From the NCBI GenBank assembly GCA_040081625.1, contig JBEBGD010000049.1, forward strand, positions 1-38,290: 38,290 bases of DNA, given 5' to 3'. This stretch comes from Chthoniobacteraceae bacterium (lineage in GTDB: Bacteria; Verrucomicrobiota; Verrucomicrobiia; Chthoniobacterales; Chthoniobacteraceae). The translations under genes and the position numbers were made by a program. Under the pieces are notes generated by a model. The model was not told the DNA's origin and ran no database searches. It saw only the letters and a program-made list of their open reading frames with translations. Shown here in pieces: positions 29,301-38,290 of this stretch (positions are counted from its first letter, which is position 1; the number at the start of each line of letters is the position of its first letter).

Positions 29301-32300
29301 CCCGGTCGAGCTGAAGCGGAAAAGCTGCGAGCCATCCGCCGACGGGATCGCGACCTCACCGCCGCTGAAGCCCGGCAGCGGCGGGCCGATGCGGCGCACG
29401 CGGTGATTGAAGATATCCGCGAAGACGATGCTGCCATCCGGTCCGACCGCGAGGCCGGCGCTCTCGACATTCGCCGCTGTGGCCGGGCCGCCGTCGCCGC
29501 CGAAGCCGCGCACGCCATTGCCCGCCACGGTCGTGATGATCCCATCCACGCCGACGCAGCGGATGCGCCCGGTCGCGCGCTCGGTGAAATAGACATTCCC
29601 CAGCGCGTCGTTCGCCATCTCGGTGCCGGAGTTGATGCGGATGCGCGCGCTCGTCGCCGGGCCACCGTCACCATCACCCGGCGAGGGCGAGCCGCCGCCC
29701 GCGACGACATCGATGATCCCGTCCGCGCCGACGCGCCGCAGCGTGTTACTCGCGAGGTCGGGAATCCACACCGCTTGATCCGGGCCGAACGCGAGATCGG
29801 TCGGGGCCGAGAGCGCGGCGTCGAGGGCCGGCCCGCCATTGCCCCCGCCGCCGCCGCCGGCCACGCGCACCATGGTGCCGTCCGGGAGGATCGCGCGGAC
29901 GCGGGAGAAATTGAACTCGCTGATGTAGATCGTGCCATCGCGAGCCGGGATGGATCCCGAGTTGAAACCGACCCGCGCATTCACCGCCGGGTCGTCGTCG
30001 CCGTCGATGCCATTGAGGCCATCGCCCGCGATGGTCGTGATGATCCCCCGCGAGTCGATCCGCCGCAGCCGCGATTGCGCATTGCTGACGTGCAGGCTGC
30101 CATCCGGCGCGAAGCGGATGTGCCCCGGGACGATCGACGCATCGAGCGCCGGCCCGCCATCGCCGGTGAAGCCAAGCGTGCCATTTCCCGCAAAGGTCGA
30201 GATGATCCCATCCGGCCCGATGCGGCGCACGCGCGCGTTGCTGAAGTCGGTGGTATAGATCGCGCCGTCCGGCCCGAAGGCGATGCCCGACGGCTGATTG
30301 AGCTGCGCGGCCGTGGCCGGTCCGCCGTCGCCGGAAAACCCGGGCACGCCCGTGCCGGCGATCGTGTCGATCACGCGGCTGATGCCCTGCGTGCCGCGCC
30401 GCGTGCCATCGCCCTGGTAAAGCACGCGCCCCGTCGGGTCGTAGATGTGATGCGCATCGAGCGTCCAGCCGCCGACCGCCACGCGACCCACATCGAACGA
30501 GCCGAGCGTCCGCTCGTAGCTGCGCGAGATGACGATCTCCTCGCGCGTGCGATCTCCGGTGATCGCCACGCCCGTGCCATTCGTGCCAAAGCGATTCGTC
30601 CGCTGGTAGTCGCCGTCATACACGAAGCCGATGCGCACCTTCGCGAGCTGCCGCCCCTGCACCGCGCGTCCGTAGGCGTCGAGGCCATCCCACTCGAAGG
30701 TCGTCGTCTGATTCGCCGTCGCGGGAAAATCCTGCGTGAACGTGCGCCCGGCGACCTGCACTTCGAGTTCGATGCGCTTGAGCGACGCCGGCACCGTCGC
30801 GTCGCTGAGCGGGATTCTGATCCGGTTGCCGACCTTCCAGCCCGCTGTGCGATTGCTGCGGTAGTGCAGGGAAAAGGGCGTGCCCGGCACCGGCACCTGC
30901 CCGCGCAGCACCATGCTCTGGATGTCCACATTCGTCGGATCCTCGGGATCATCCGGGTCATCGTCGTCGTTGTCACTCGGCTCTTCGTCTGACGGCGGCT
31001 CGGAGTCGCCCGGCGGGCCGAAGGGCCAGTTCGCATCCCACGGCGAGAAATGCGGGATCGGGATGCGCCACAGGCTTTGGCCCGCCGCGTATTTCACCGC
31101 GAGCTGTTCGCGCTCCGCGTCGGTGATGCCGAGCGCGGCGAGTGGCGCGCCGGTGTCGATAATGCCGTCGCCCGTCACGTCGAGATCTGCCGCGCTCCCG
31201 GTGATGCTGATCACTTTAATAATGCGTCCGCTCGGTCCCGCCTCCCACTGGCCCTTGTCGCGATTGAAGAAACCGCTCGGCACGTCGATGCCGATCTCGA
31301 AGTTCAGGAAGTTCTCGACGTAAAACCACACCGGCTGGCTGAACTCGATGCGCGACGAGCCCATCTGCATCGCCTCGTCGCCGGTCAGTTCCACGCAATA
31401 GGTATAGGCGCTGTTGCCCGGCAGCGCGCCGGGCATCGCGCGCGGGCCGTCGGGGCCGACGGTGAATTCCGTCGCGCGGATGCCGAGGTGCGTCATCGGC
31501 GCGGTCGTGCCGTCGTCGAGCACCACGTTCGCGGTCGTGCCGGGCGAGAACATGAGCATCGCCGTGCGGTCGCCGCTCGCGTCGCTCTGCATCGTGGCCT
31601 CGTGGACTTGCAAGCCGGTGGTGCCTGCGCCGAACTCCACTGCGGTCATCGCTTCGTCGAGCGTGCTGAGCATCACCGGATCGATCGCTGTGAACTGCTG
31701 CACCGGCGGATTCACACGGCGCTGCCCGGCGGTGAAGCCGTCGCCGTCGATCATCAGGTCAAGCGGCGCCCCGCCATTCACGGCGAAGTCGAACGCGCCG
31801 TCGGCCTGCGTGCTCGTCTCGCCGAACTCCGCACGCCCCGCGACACTGATCGTCGCGCCCGCGATCGGCGTCCCCGCGCGCGATTTCACGACTCCGCGGA
31901 GCACGGCGATGCGGTCGCGCTTGATCGCCCCTGGCGGCACGCCCGTCTGCACCGGCGGCCTGCCGAGGAAAAGAAAGCTGACCTGGTCGTAGAACGCCGA
32001 GGCGACTGTCGGGTCGAGTGCTTTCGCCACCAGCGCGGGGTTCGGCGCGACGGTGCCCTTGTTGTAGCGCCGAAGCACGAAGCGCGGATCGGTCGCCGGT
32101 TTTATCTTCACCCCACCGATCTTCACCGCCGAAAATACGCCCGCACCGAGGCGGCTCGCCGCGTCCAGCGTGCCGGTGATCGTGAGCTTCCCGAACTTGC
32201 TGCGCTTCGCGCCGAAGATGCCGTCGTTCGTGTCGCCGAACACGCCATCGAACGGCGTGTAGCCCGCGCCGAGGATCGAGCCCGCTACGTTTCCACCGAT

Positions 32301-33194
32301 CCGAACCGAGCCCAGCGTGCCGCCGTTAAAAGTATCCGAGTTCGCGGCGTCTCCGCCGAGCGCGCCGTCCGCGCCGAGTTGCGCGCCGGCGAGGATCTTC
32401 GAGTTGGTCACATTCCCCGCGATCGTCAGCGCGCCAATCTTCAGCGCCGCGATGAGCGAGTCGGTCACGTTGCCGCCGTTGAGCGCCGCGTCCTTGAGCA
32501 CGCGCACCGGGCCGATCGCTGGCGCGGTGATCGTGCCGGCGAGATCGCCGCCCGTGATGCTGAACGACACGATCTTCCTCGCCGCGCGCAGCGAACCTGC
32601 GAAGCCGCCCGCAAGCACCTTGAATGCGCCGACGCTACCCGCAGAAATCGCAGCACCACCCGCCGAGAGCGAGCCGGCGGTGAACGTGAGCGTCTGCCCC
32701 GGCGCGCGCAGCGTGAAGTTCGCGCCAACCGCTCCCGCCGCGAATCGCAACCCCTTCACTCTTTTGTTCACGCCGCTGTCGATCGTCACATTTCCGCCGA
32801 CATCGGCCACCGTGATCGCACCGACGCCACCGGGCAGAGCGATCCCGCTGCCGACGAGATCCGAATTCACCGCGAAGATCGATTTCAGCGGCGTGGCGCC
32901 GGCGACTGCCTTCAATGAGACGTTGCCATCGCCCACCCGCGTGACCTTGACCGCGAGCCTGCTCGCTGTCGTCGTGCCGCTCACCGTGATCGTATCGAGC
33001 GGACCATCGCCACCGCCGGTATCGACGCGCGTGGCGTTGAAGGTGCCCGGCCCTGTGAGCACGACCTGGTAGGAGTCGGCGTCGCTGTCGGTGAAGACCG
33101 CGGAAGTCTGCGCGGCACGCGACGCAGTGGCGATTGCGAGGAAGGCCAGCGGAAGAAAACTCCGCCAGCGGGCAGGGCAGCGATTCGAGTTCAT
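26298..33194 (-). CDS. Secreted teneurin-like NHL/YD (RHS) repeat protein, ~2298 aa
   Basis: Probable start is the ATG at 33194, with a signal peptide. TTR-like and FN-plug segments, NHL repeats, YD repeats, and RHS core GARDYD...[11 protein letters not shown]. Confidence 0.9.
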   Translation of the reverse strand: MNSNRCPARWRSFLPLAFLAIATASRAAQTSAVFTDSDADSYQVVLTGPGTFNATRVDTGGGDGPLDTITVSGTTTASRLAVKVTRVGDGNVSLKAVAGATPLKSIFAVNSDLVGSGIALPGGVGAITVADVGGNVTIDSGVNKRVKGLRFAAGAVGANFTLRAPGQTLTFTAGSLSAGGAAISAGSVGAFKVLAGGFAGSLRAARKIVSFSITGGDLAGTITAPAIGPVRVLKDAALNGGNVTDSLIAALKIGALTIAGNVTNSKILAGAQLGADGALGGDAANSDTFNGGTLGSVRIGGNVAGSILGAGYTPFDGVFGDTNDGIFGAKRSKFGKLTITGTLDAASRLGAGVFSAVKIGGVKIKPATDPRFVLRRYNKGTVAPNPALVAKALDPTVASAFYDQVSFLFLGRPPVQTGVPPGAIKRDRIAVLRGVVKSRAGTPIAGATISVAGRAEFGETSTQADGAFDFAVNGGAPLDLMIDGDGFTAGQRRVNPPVQQFTAIDPVMLSTLDEAMTAVEFGAGTTGLQVHEATMQSDASGDRTAMLMFSPGTTANVVLDDGTTAPMTHLGIRATEFTVGPDGPRAMPGALPGNSAYTYCVELTGDEAMQMGSSRIEFSQPVWFYVENFLNFEIGIDVPSGFFNRDKGQWEAGPSGRIIKVISITGSAADLDVTGDGIIDTGAPLAALGITDAEREQLAVKYAAGQSLWRIPIPHFSPWDANWPFGPPGDSEPPSDEEPSDNDDDDPDDPEDPTNVDIQSMVLRGQVPVPGTPFSLHYRSNRTAGWKVGNRIRIPLSDATVPASLKRIELEVQVAGRTFTQDFPATANQTTTFEWDGLDAYGRAVQGRQLAKVRIGFVYDGDYQRTNRFGTNGTGVAITGDRTREEIVISRSYERTLGSFDVGRVAVGGWTLDAHHIYDPTGRVLYQGDGTRRGTQGISRVIDTIAGTGVPGFSGDGGPATAAQLNQPSGIAFGPDGAIYTTDFSNARVRRIGPDGIISTFAGNGTLGFTGDGGPALDASIVPGHIRFAPDGSLHVSNAQSRLRRIDSRGIITTIAGDGLNGIDGDDDPAVNARVGFNSGSIPARDGTIYISEFNFSRVRAILPDGTMVRVAGGGGGGNGGPALDAALSAPTDLAFGPDQAVWIPDLASNTLRRVGADGIIDVVAGGGSPSPGDGDGGPATSARIRINSGTEMANDALGNVYFTERATGRIRCVGVDGIITTVAGNGVRGFGGDGGPATAANVESAGLAVGPDGSIVFADIFNHRVRRIGPPLPGFSGGEVAIPSADGSQLFRFSSTGRHLATLNAFTGATLLTFAYDADGQLVKITDANGNETKIKRAASGAPTEIAGPFGMKTNLATDANGRLASVTDPLGNAHRFTYDAGGLLLTETDPLNNVSAFTYNADGQLTLADVAGPNSLTLARTGLPGGYTVKLTSPLGVDADFQVESFPGDVEMRTDTDRAGLVTTETRDPNGTRTSVFPTGTTLALTLGPDPRFSMQAPTESGRIFTTPGGKVLTLSRTQTAALGDPDDPFSLTTLTQTLALNGQTFTRAYDAATRTSTETSPLGRTRTFTGDAQGRVTRRSYANVLATTFAYDARGRRISAKTGAAAALRETRFTYNAAGFLASIVDPLGNTARFSYDAAGQRTAQTRADGAVVVTGYDAKGRLALVTPPGRAAHTLGYSPDDLLTSYTAPGGITSNFSYNDDRQLTLHAGPGGANIAYSYDAAGRLATRVLGGVTDTYAYGAASGALTSITQTDGNTLAFTYDGRIPLSETWTGAVAGSVVHTLDNNLRTATQTVSGGNTITRAFDNDGLLVAAGALTIQRDFQRGIIASTTLGSITDERTTDDFAEVTGYTARFNGTAIFALANTYDKRGFLTQVVERFGAAPSDTFTYSYDAVGRVTEVKKGAATQESYTYDGNGNRLTTGAVAATYDAGDRLTALGATTFTYTAAGDLLTRNAGGQTTTFSYDAAGNLTAATLPNATQIAYVIDARDRRIGKRVGGTLVRGWLYQDARRIVAELDGSGTVVSRFVYGDRDDVPAYMVTSAGTFRFLCDPIGSVRLVVNASTGAIAQRLDYDAFGRVLADSAPGYQPFGFAGGHYDPDTRLVRFGARDYDAEAGRWTAKDALLFGGGDTNLYAYAGNNPVNVTDPAGTLSGTGPLPDYNVDPNSNNNQVYPGDPRYEEIKDFFEKNPEALKRGGNSPPLMVEYPDGAPPPLVFQPNTLDTPPLGGGLGGPLTIDPPTSSNPFGEGGPITIPTPNPNQPVTPVGGGSGLGGNIPASTANDRDPRPGIGRTASFR

Positions 33195-33243
33195 AGGATG
33201 TCTCCGGTATGCGCCGGAGAGTTTGGAATCGCGCGAAGCGCGG

Positions 33244-34470
33244 TCAACAACCTTTAGCCGCGAGCCTCGCGATCGCGAGTGCGTTGAGCACGGCCTTCGG
33301 CACGAAGGACTCCGCATCGACCCACTCCTGCTGCTTGCGACCGTCGGGCGATTGCTCGGAGCAATGCGCGTGGTCGCCATGCGGGCCGAGACCGTCGAGC
33401 GTGGGGAATTTGTCCCAGAGCAGGTTGCCATCGCTCAGGCCGCCGCGCTCGATGCGGGTCACGCGCACGCCCAATGCGCGGCCGGTCTCCTGCCAGAGTG
33501 CGAGCAGGCGCTCGGTGTGCGCGTTCGACGGCCACGGCACCGTCTCCTCCTCGACGCGCACGGACACGACACACGCATGCCCGTCGGCGCTGCGCACGCT
33601 GCCCTCGCCGGCTAGCCCGAGGATCGCCTGCTTTGTGTGCTCGTAGGATTCAGCGGTGAAGGCGCGCATCTCGAGCACGGCGCGGGCGGAATGCGGGACG
33701 CGGTTGATTACCGTGCCCCCGGCGATCGTGCCGACGTTGATCGTCACGCCGCCGGCGTAATCGGTGAGCGCGGCGAGTCGCTCGATCACGATGGCGAGTT
33801 GCACGATCGCGTTCGCGCCGCGCGGGTGCTCGCCGCCCGCGTGCGAGCCCCGGCCTTCGACTTCGACGGAAATGGTCGCGCGTCCCTTCCGCGCCGCGAC
33901 GACCCCGAAGTCGCCATCCGCTCCGCGGTCCGCCTCGAAGACCAGGCAACCGCGCGTGTCGGCAGGCAGTTCCGCGCGGCAAATCCGCCCGAAATCCTCG
34001 GACACGGTTTCCTCGCACGAGTTGAGCGCGACGACCCAGTTTGTGCGCTCGAAAACCTCCGGTGCCTCACTTCGCAGCGCCGCGAGCACGAGATGAATCA
34101 GCGCGGTCCCGCCCTTGATGTCGTTCGTGCCGGGCCCGTGGATGCGCCGGCCCTCGATACGCCACACGAAGTTGTTTCGCTTCTCCTCCTCGGCGGTAAA
34201 AACCGTGTCGAGGTGCGAGATCAGCGCGATGGTCGGCGCGTTCGCGGCCGTGCGCCGCAGGAACAAATGCCGCCCGAAGCGGGATTGCGGCGGCTGCGGA
34301 AAACTCGCTTCAAACCCGAGCGGCGCGAACTCCGCCGCGACCAGTTCGCCGAGCGTATTTACGCCGGCGACGTTCTCCGTGAAGGAGTTGATCGCCACCA
34401 TGCGCCGGAGGAAATCCAGCGTCGCGGGCAATTGTCGCTCGCAAAAGGCGGAGATGGTCGCAGCGTTCAT
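33244..34470 (-). CDS. M20-family metallopeptidase (glutamate carboxypeptidase-like)
   Basis: Probable start 34470. SHLDTV, GPGTNDIKGG, CEE, ARKG, SDGN, DGLGP.GxxAH. Confidence 0.9.
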   Translation of the reverse strand: MNAATISAFCERQLPATLDFLRRMVAINSFTENVAGVNTLGELVAAEFAPLGFEASFPQPPQSRFGRHLFLRRTAANAPTIALISHLDTVFTAEEEKRNNFVWRIEGRRIHGPGTNDIKGGTALIHLVLAALRSEAPEVFERTNWVVALNSCEETVSEDFGRICRAELPADTRGCLVFEADRGADGDFGVVAARKGRATISVEVEGRGSHAGGEHPRGANAIVQLAIVIERLAALTDYAGGVTINVGTIAGGTVINRVPHSARAVLEMRAFTAESYEHTKQAILGLAGEGSVRSADGHACVVSVRVEEETVPWPSNAHTERLLALWQETGRALGVRVTRIERGGLSDGNLLWDKFPTLDGLGPHGDHAHCSEQSPDGRKQQEWVDAESFVPKAVLNALAIARLAAKGC

Positions 34471-34536
34471 GCGACCACTGAGCGCGAAGTCGCGCGCCCG
34501 CACAACAACAGACCGCCGGAGACTGATGGACAGCCC

Positions 34537-35478
34537 ATGAATTCAAACCCGCAAACTCCAATCCCGCCGCTCGACCTGACCGTGCGCGTCGGCTGCGAGC
34601 TGACCTACGACACGCTCGTGCCGACTCCCGTGCTCGTCGCCTTCAAGCCACGGCACGATCTCTTCCAGCAGATCCGGCAGGAGGCCGTGATCATCGAGCC
34701 GATGCTGCCCGCGACGGAGTTCGAGGACGACCACGGGAACATCATCCACCGCCTCGTGCTCGAGCCGGGCACTCATGTGCTGCGCTACGACGCGCTCGTC
34801 ATGGTCCCGAGCGCGAGCGAAGACTTCGCGCATCTCGACGAACCAGTCCCGCCACACCTGCTCCCGCCGGAAGTGCTGCGCTACACGCTGCCGAGCCGCT
34901 ACTGCGATTCGGACAAGCTGCTCGACTTCGCGTGGCAGCACTTCGGCCATCTCCCGCACGGTCTCGCCCGCGTGCGCGCCATCTGCGACTGGCTGCACGA
35001 GCACATCCGCTACGAGACGTGCTCGGGCAATCCCCTGCTCTCCGCGTGCGACGTGATCCAGCGTGGCTTCGGCGTCTGCCGAGACCTCGCACACGCCGCC
35101 GTCGCGCTCTGCCGCACTTTCAATATCCCCGCCCGCTACGTGAGCGGCTACGTGCCCGACATCGGTTTCCCGGTCCCTGGCACGCCCGAGGACTTCCACG
35201 CCTACTGCGAAGTCTGGCTCGGCGGTCGCTGGCAGGTCTTCGACGCGCGCTTCAATACGCCGCGCACCGGCCGCGTCCGCATCACCGCCGGCTACGACGC
35301 GGTCAACTGCGCCTTCACCACCGTCTATGGCCAGGCGACGCTCGCGAGCTTCTACGTGTGGTCGTATCAAGTCGATCCTGCCGAGGTAAGCATCGCCGAC
35401 CCCGTCGATCTCTCGAAGCGCCTCTGCGGCACCCCGGAGATCCGCTTCGCCTCCACGCACCGCGACGGTGCCGTGTAG
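34537..35478 (+). CDS. Transglutaminase-like family protein
   Basis: Start is the ATG at 34537. LPSRYCDSD and the Cys-His-Asp triad (GVCRD, DFHAYCEV, FDA). Confidence 0.88.
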   Translation: MNSNPQTPIPPLDLTVRVGCELTYDTLVPTPVLVAFKPRHDLFQQIRQEAVIIEPMLPATEFEDDHGNIIHRLVLEPGTHVLRYDALVMVPSASEDFAHLDEPVPPHLLPPEVLRYTLPSRYCDSDKLLDFAWQHFGHLPHGLARVRAICDWLHEHIRYETCSGNPLLSACDVIQRGFGVCRDLAHAAVALCRTFNIPARYVSGYVPDIGFPVPGTPEDFHAYCEVWLGGRWQVFDARFNTPRTGRVRITAGYDAVNCAFTTVYGQATLASFYVWSYQVDPAEVSIADPVDLSKRLCGTPEIRFASTHRDGAV

Positions 35479-35664
35479 CGCCAGTTGATTCCCCGTCCGT
35501 TGCCACCTCGACCTCAGTTTCCCAGCGCCCCCGCAGCCAGCTCAAAAGATCGGATCGCAAAACGCCGCGCCCCCCCGTCATCCTCCGCTGATGCTGGCTC
35601 CCATTCAGAAGAATACGCCGCTAACGTTCGGCTCAATCGCTAGGTTAGCGTCTACGCGCACCGC

Positions 35665-36099
35665 ATGAGGACGACGCTTGTTCTCCTTCTATTCGCCGTC
35701 GTCATCACCGCTCACGGCCAAGACTTCAGACGCGCGACGAACATCGCGTTCGCGTATAAGCCCCGCCACTTTCCCACTCGATCCCAGACGCGCACATACT
35801 GGGCTCCCGACGATCCAGCGAACATGCTGGCCGTCCTTGCGACCACGAATCGCCTAGACCTTTACCAACCCGTCGCGTTCGCAGTTTCTGCGGAGGGTGC
35901 CGTCACGATCGACGGCATCTCATATCGTCTCCTGTTTCCACGCGTTCCGCCTCGCGAGGCTCCATACGTATTTGCGGCCACGCCATACGACTCCGTGGGC
36001 GAGCCCGCTTACTTCGAGATTTCGCGTGGCCACTACTCGGCTTTTTCTCGGCTCTTCGCCCGCATCATCAACGATCACCCTTTCGACCTCCTCCAATGA
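35665..36099 (+). CDS. Hypothetical secreted protein, 144 aa
   Basis: Signal-peptide-like N-terminus MRTTLVLLLFAVVITAHG; atypical pyrimidine-rich codon usage. Confidence 0.6.
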   Translation: MRTTLVLLLFAVVITAHGQDFRRATNIAFAYKPRHFPTRSQTRTYWAPDDPANMLAVLATTNRLDLYQPVAFAVSAEGAVTIDGISYRLLFPRVPPREAPYVFAATPYDSVGEPAYFEISRGHYSAFSRLFARIINDHPFDLLQ

Positions 36100-36374
36100 G
36101 CGGCAGTGCCATTGCTCTCATATTGCTCCTCAGCCTCAGCATGGCGGTCGCCGCGTTTTGCCACTCGACCATTCGCTCGTTCATGGGGGCCAGCACCGCA
36201 TCCGCCCTCATCTCGACCGTTCTGTTTCAGGGTGCCATCTATCACAACCTTGGCTACCTCGACCCGTTCTTTCCGATTGCCCTCGTTACCGGCGCATTTT
36301 TCGGCTTCCTCATCTCAATACCGGTTGGCCTCGTCGCACGAGCGATTCATGCGCGCCGCCAGCTTCCCAAATGA
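36096..36374 (+). CDS. Hypothetical small membrane protein, 92 aa, about 3 TM segments
   Basis: Three hydrophobic stretches; ATGA overlap with the preceding ORF. Confidence 0.6.
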   Translation: MSGSAIALILLLSLSMAVAAFCHSTIRSFMGASTASALISTVLFQGAIYHNLGYLDPFFPIALVTGAFFGFLISIPVGLVARAIHARRQLPK

Positions 36375-36432
36375 ACGCGACGCCTATGCGCCGCAACGCT
36401 GACCGGTTCAAGCTGCGCGCAGGCGTGGGCGC

Positions 36433-36460
36433 TTGCTCTCCGGAACCGGGCCGGTAGAAT
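36433..36460 (+). promoter_or_regulatory. Sigma70-like promoter for the TA operon (probably leaderless)
   Basis: TTGCTC-N16-TAGAAT, ending 7 nt before the ATG at 36468; ACCGG-g-CCGGT palindrome at 36445-36455. Confidence 0.5.
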
Positions 36461-36467
36461 CGCGCCC

Positions 36468-36689
36468 ATGCCCACGATCGACGAAGTCGAAAAACTCGCG
36501 CTGGATTTGCCCGAAAATCAACGAGCCGTGCTCGCGGCGCATTTGCTGCGCTCGCTGCCGGCGGTGTTGCACGACGAGGACGACGGAATCGCCGAGGCCC
36601 TGCGACGCGATGCGGAACTCGAGGTAGATCCGGCTGCGGGCCTCTCGCTCGAACAGCTCGACGAGCAGATCGCGCGGCGCCGGAGCTGA
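36468..36689 (+). CDS. Addiction-module antitoxin (TIGR02574-like)
   Basis: 73 aa. ALDLPENQRAVLAAHLLRSL...EALRRDAEL; 1-bp overlap with the toxin gene. Confidence 0.85.
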   Translation: MPTIDEVEKLALDLPENQRAVLAAHLLRSLPAVLHDEDDGIAEALRRDAELEVDPAAGLSLEQLDEQIARRRS

Positions 36690-36982
36690 TGCGGCCGATC
36701 CTTCATCCGAAGGTTGCCGACGATGTGGCCACGATCATGCAGTATTATGAAAGCGTCGCCACGCGCGAACTGGCGGACGACTTTTACCAGGAGCTTCGAT
36801 ACTTCATCGCCGAGGCCGCCGCACGGCCGGAGTCCTTCTCGATCCGAAAGCGCGATCTTCGCCGCGTGAATCTGCGGCGGTTTCCCTACCACTTTTTGTT
36901 TCGCATCGTCGGCGACACCGTCCGGGTTCTCGTCGTTCGCCATCACATGAAGCGTCCGGGATTCGGAACGTGGCGGCGCTGA
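36689..36982 (+). CDS. RelE/ParE-family toxin
   Basis: 97 aa. LHPKV..D...YYE, RRVNLRRFPY, VLVVRH...RPG. Confidence 0.88.
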   Translation: MRPILHPKVADDVATIMQYYESVATRELADDFYQELRYFIAEAAARPESFSIRKRDLRRVNLRRFPYHFLFRIVGDTVRVLVVRHHMKRPGFGTWRR

Positions 36983-36996
36983 TTTTTCCACTGCCA

Positions 36997-38290
36997 ATGC
37001 TGCCCTACGAATCGGTCTTCGCCATCTTCGCCTTTCTCCTCGGCGCCTGCATCGGGTCGTTCCTGAACGTGTGCATCTACCGGCTGCCGCTCGATCTCTC
37101 GGTCAATGAACCGCGGCGCTCCTTCTGCCCGAGCTGCAAGTATCAGATCCCGTGGCACCGGAATCTGCCGCTCATCTCGTGGCTCTCGCTGCGCGGCAAG
37201 TGCGCGAACTGTGGCGCGCCGATCGCGTTCCGATATTTCGGCGTCGAGCTGCTTACGGGGCTGCTCTTCCTCGCGGTGTGGCTGCACGTCTGGCCGGGAA
37301 ATCCGGTCTTCGCGCTGCCGCTGTGGGTCATGGTCGCGCTGCTCGTCGTCGCGACGTTCATCGACTTCGAACACTTCATCATCCCGGATGAAATCACCTG
37401 GGGCGGCGCGATCGCGGGCGTGATGCTCAACTGCCTGCTCGCTCCGCTCACGTTTCCCTTCGGCGATTTCGGCCAGTGGTTTGCGTCGCTCTCGGCGCTC
37501 GCGCTCATCGGCGGCGGCGTGCTGCTCGGCTCGGCGATGGGCGGCCCGATCAAGGCGATGCGCGTGCCGTGGAAATTCTTCACCTGCGCCCTCACCGGTG
37601 CGGCGGTCGCGCTGCTCGTCGAGAGTCTGCTCGGCGGCTGGACTTCGTTTTCCGCGACGCTCTCGTCGCTCATCGGCGCGGCGACCGGCTACTTCCTGCT
37701 GTGGGGCGTCGTCGAGGCGGGGAAGCTCGCGTTTGGAAAAAAGAAGATCGCCTTCGACCAGGCCACGGCCTTCACGTGGACGCGGCGCGGCGACGAGGCG
37801 GACTTCGGCGTGGGCGACGAGAAGCAGCTCTGGAGCGACATGTTCGCGAGGGAGAAGGACCGACTGCTGATGAAATGCCCCGAGGCGACGATCCAGGGTG
37901 ATCGCTTCAAGGACGTGACGCTCGAGTTTCACTACGACCGGCTGCGCATCGGCGACCGCGAGTGGAAGCTCATCACGCTCGACGAACTCACTGGCACCGT
38001 GACCGAGATCGTGATCCCGCGCGAGGCGATGGGCTTCGGCGACGTGAAGTTCATGGCGTGCATCGGCGCGTTCATCGGCTGGAAGGGCGTCATCTTCACG
38101 CTCATCGCGGCGTCGATGGTGGGAGCATTCATCGGCCTCGCCACGATCGCGCTCGGCAAGCGCGAGTGGAGCGCGAAGATCCCGTTCGGCCCGTATCTTT
38201 CGCTCGGCGCGCTCGTGTGGATCTTCGCCGGGCCGCAGCTCGTCGCGTGGTATCTCACGTTCACGCAGGGCGGGTACAATGGAGCGCCGG
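36997..38290 (+). CDS. pilD: Prepilin peptidase/N-methyltransferase (A24A), runs off the window end; absent from the ORF track
   Basis: Hand translation from the ATG at 36997: GSFLNVCIYRLP, SFCPSC...GKCANC, IDFEHFIIPD, MGFGDVK, IPFGPYL. 431 codons without a stop. Confidence 0.93.
   Translation, partial: MLPYESVFAIFAFLLGACIGSFLNVCIYRLPLDLSVNEPRRSFCPSCKYQIPWHRNLPLISWLSLRGKCANCGAPIAFRYFGVELLTGLLFLAVWLHVWPGNPVFALPLWVMVALLVVATFIDFEHFIIPDEITWGGAIAGVMLNCLLAPLTFPFGDFGQWFASLSALALIGGGVLLGSAMGGPIKAMRVPWKFFTCALTGAAVALLVESLLGGWTSFSATLSSLIGAATGYFLLWGVVEAGKLAFGKKKIAFDQATAFTWTRRGDEADFGVGDEKQLWSDMFAREKDRLLMKCPEATIQGDRFKDVTLEFHYDRLRIGDREWKLITLDELTGTVTEIVIPREAMGFGDVKFMACIGAFIGWKGVIFTLIAASMVGAFIGLATIALGKREWSAKIPFGPYLSLGALVWIFAGPQLVAWYLTFTQGGYNGAP

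Noticed and set aside
26900..30400. Recurrent nucleotide motifs resembling a repeat array or CRISPR
   Set aside because: They are coding YD and NHL repeats; there is no constant repeat-spacer period and no cas gene.
26070..32918. Long + strand ORFs (857, 641, 622 aa)
   Set aside because: Antisense shadows of the RHS gene, typical of high-GC codon bias; no motifs.
33637..35478. 613-aa ORF
   Set aside because: The N-terminal part is antisense to the M20 gene; the transglutaminase starts at 34537.
36943..37932. 329-aa minus-strand ORF
   Set aside because: Shadow of pilD, which the track missed because it has no stop in the window.

Overview
High-GC, gene-dense chromosomal window, probably from a PVC-superphylum bacterium (Verrucomicrobia-like). 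This is inferred from the PVC-type heme protein, several secreted sulfatases and the lack of obvious Shine-Dalgarno sites. Left to right: a 1513-aa PVC-type CxxCH heme protein; a MacAB/ABC3-type exporter operon with two paralogous permeases; a minus-strand hydroxyproline-catabolism operon joined by five consecutive 4-bp stop/start overlaps (DapA-like deaminase, Hyp 2-epimerase, secreted VHL-beta-like + double HExxH peptidase, sulfatase, cis-3-Hyp dehydratase-like enzyme, D-amino-acid/D-Hyp dehydrogenase); two divergent sulfatases; a lipoprotein; a Gfo/Idh/MocA oxidoreductase; gmd; a 2298-aa secreted teneurin-like RHS protein; an M20 peptidase; a transglutaminase-like protein; two cassette-like ORFans; a ParE/RelE toxin-antitoxin pair; and a truncated pilD. 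Highlights: (1) a peptidase with a domain resembling the hydroxyproline-binding pVHL beta domain inside the Hyp operon; (2) a ~3.4-kb N6-MTase + orphan PIN cassette inserted in the dehydrogenase gene with a diverged 173-bp 5' duplication, a candidate defence system; (3) a teneurin-like RHS protein with a Pro/Gly-rich tip and no adjacent immunity gene; (4) a highly palindromic element in frame within a gene. All family calls come from motif recognition by eye; no searches were run.
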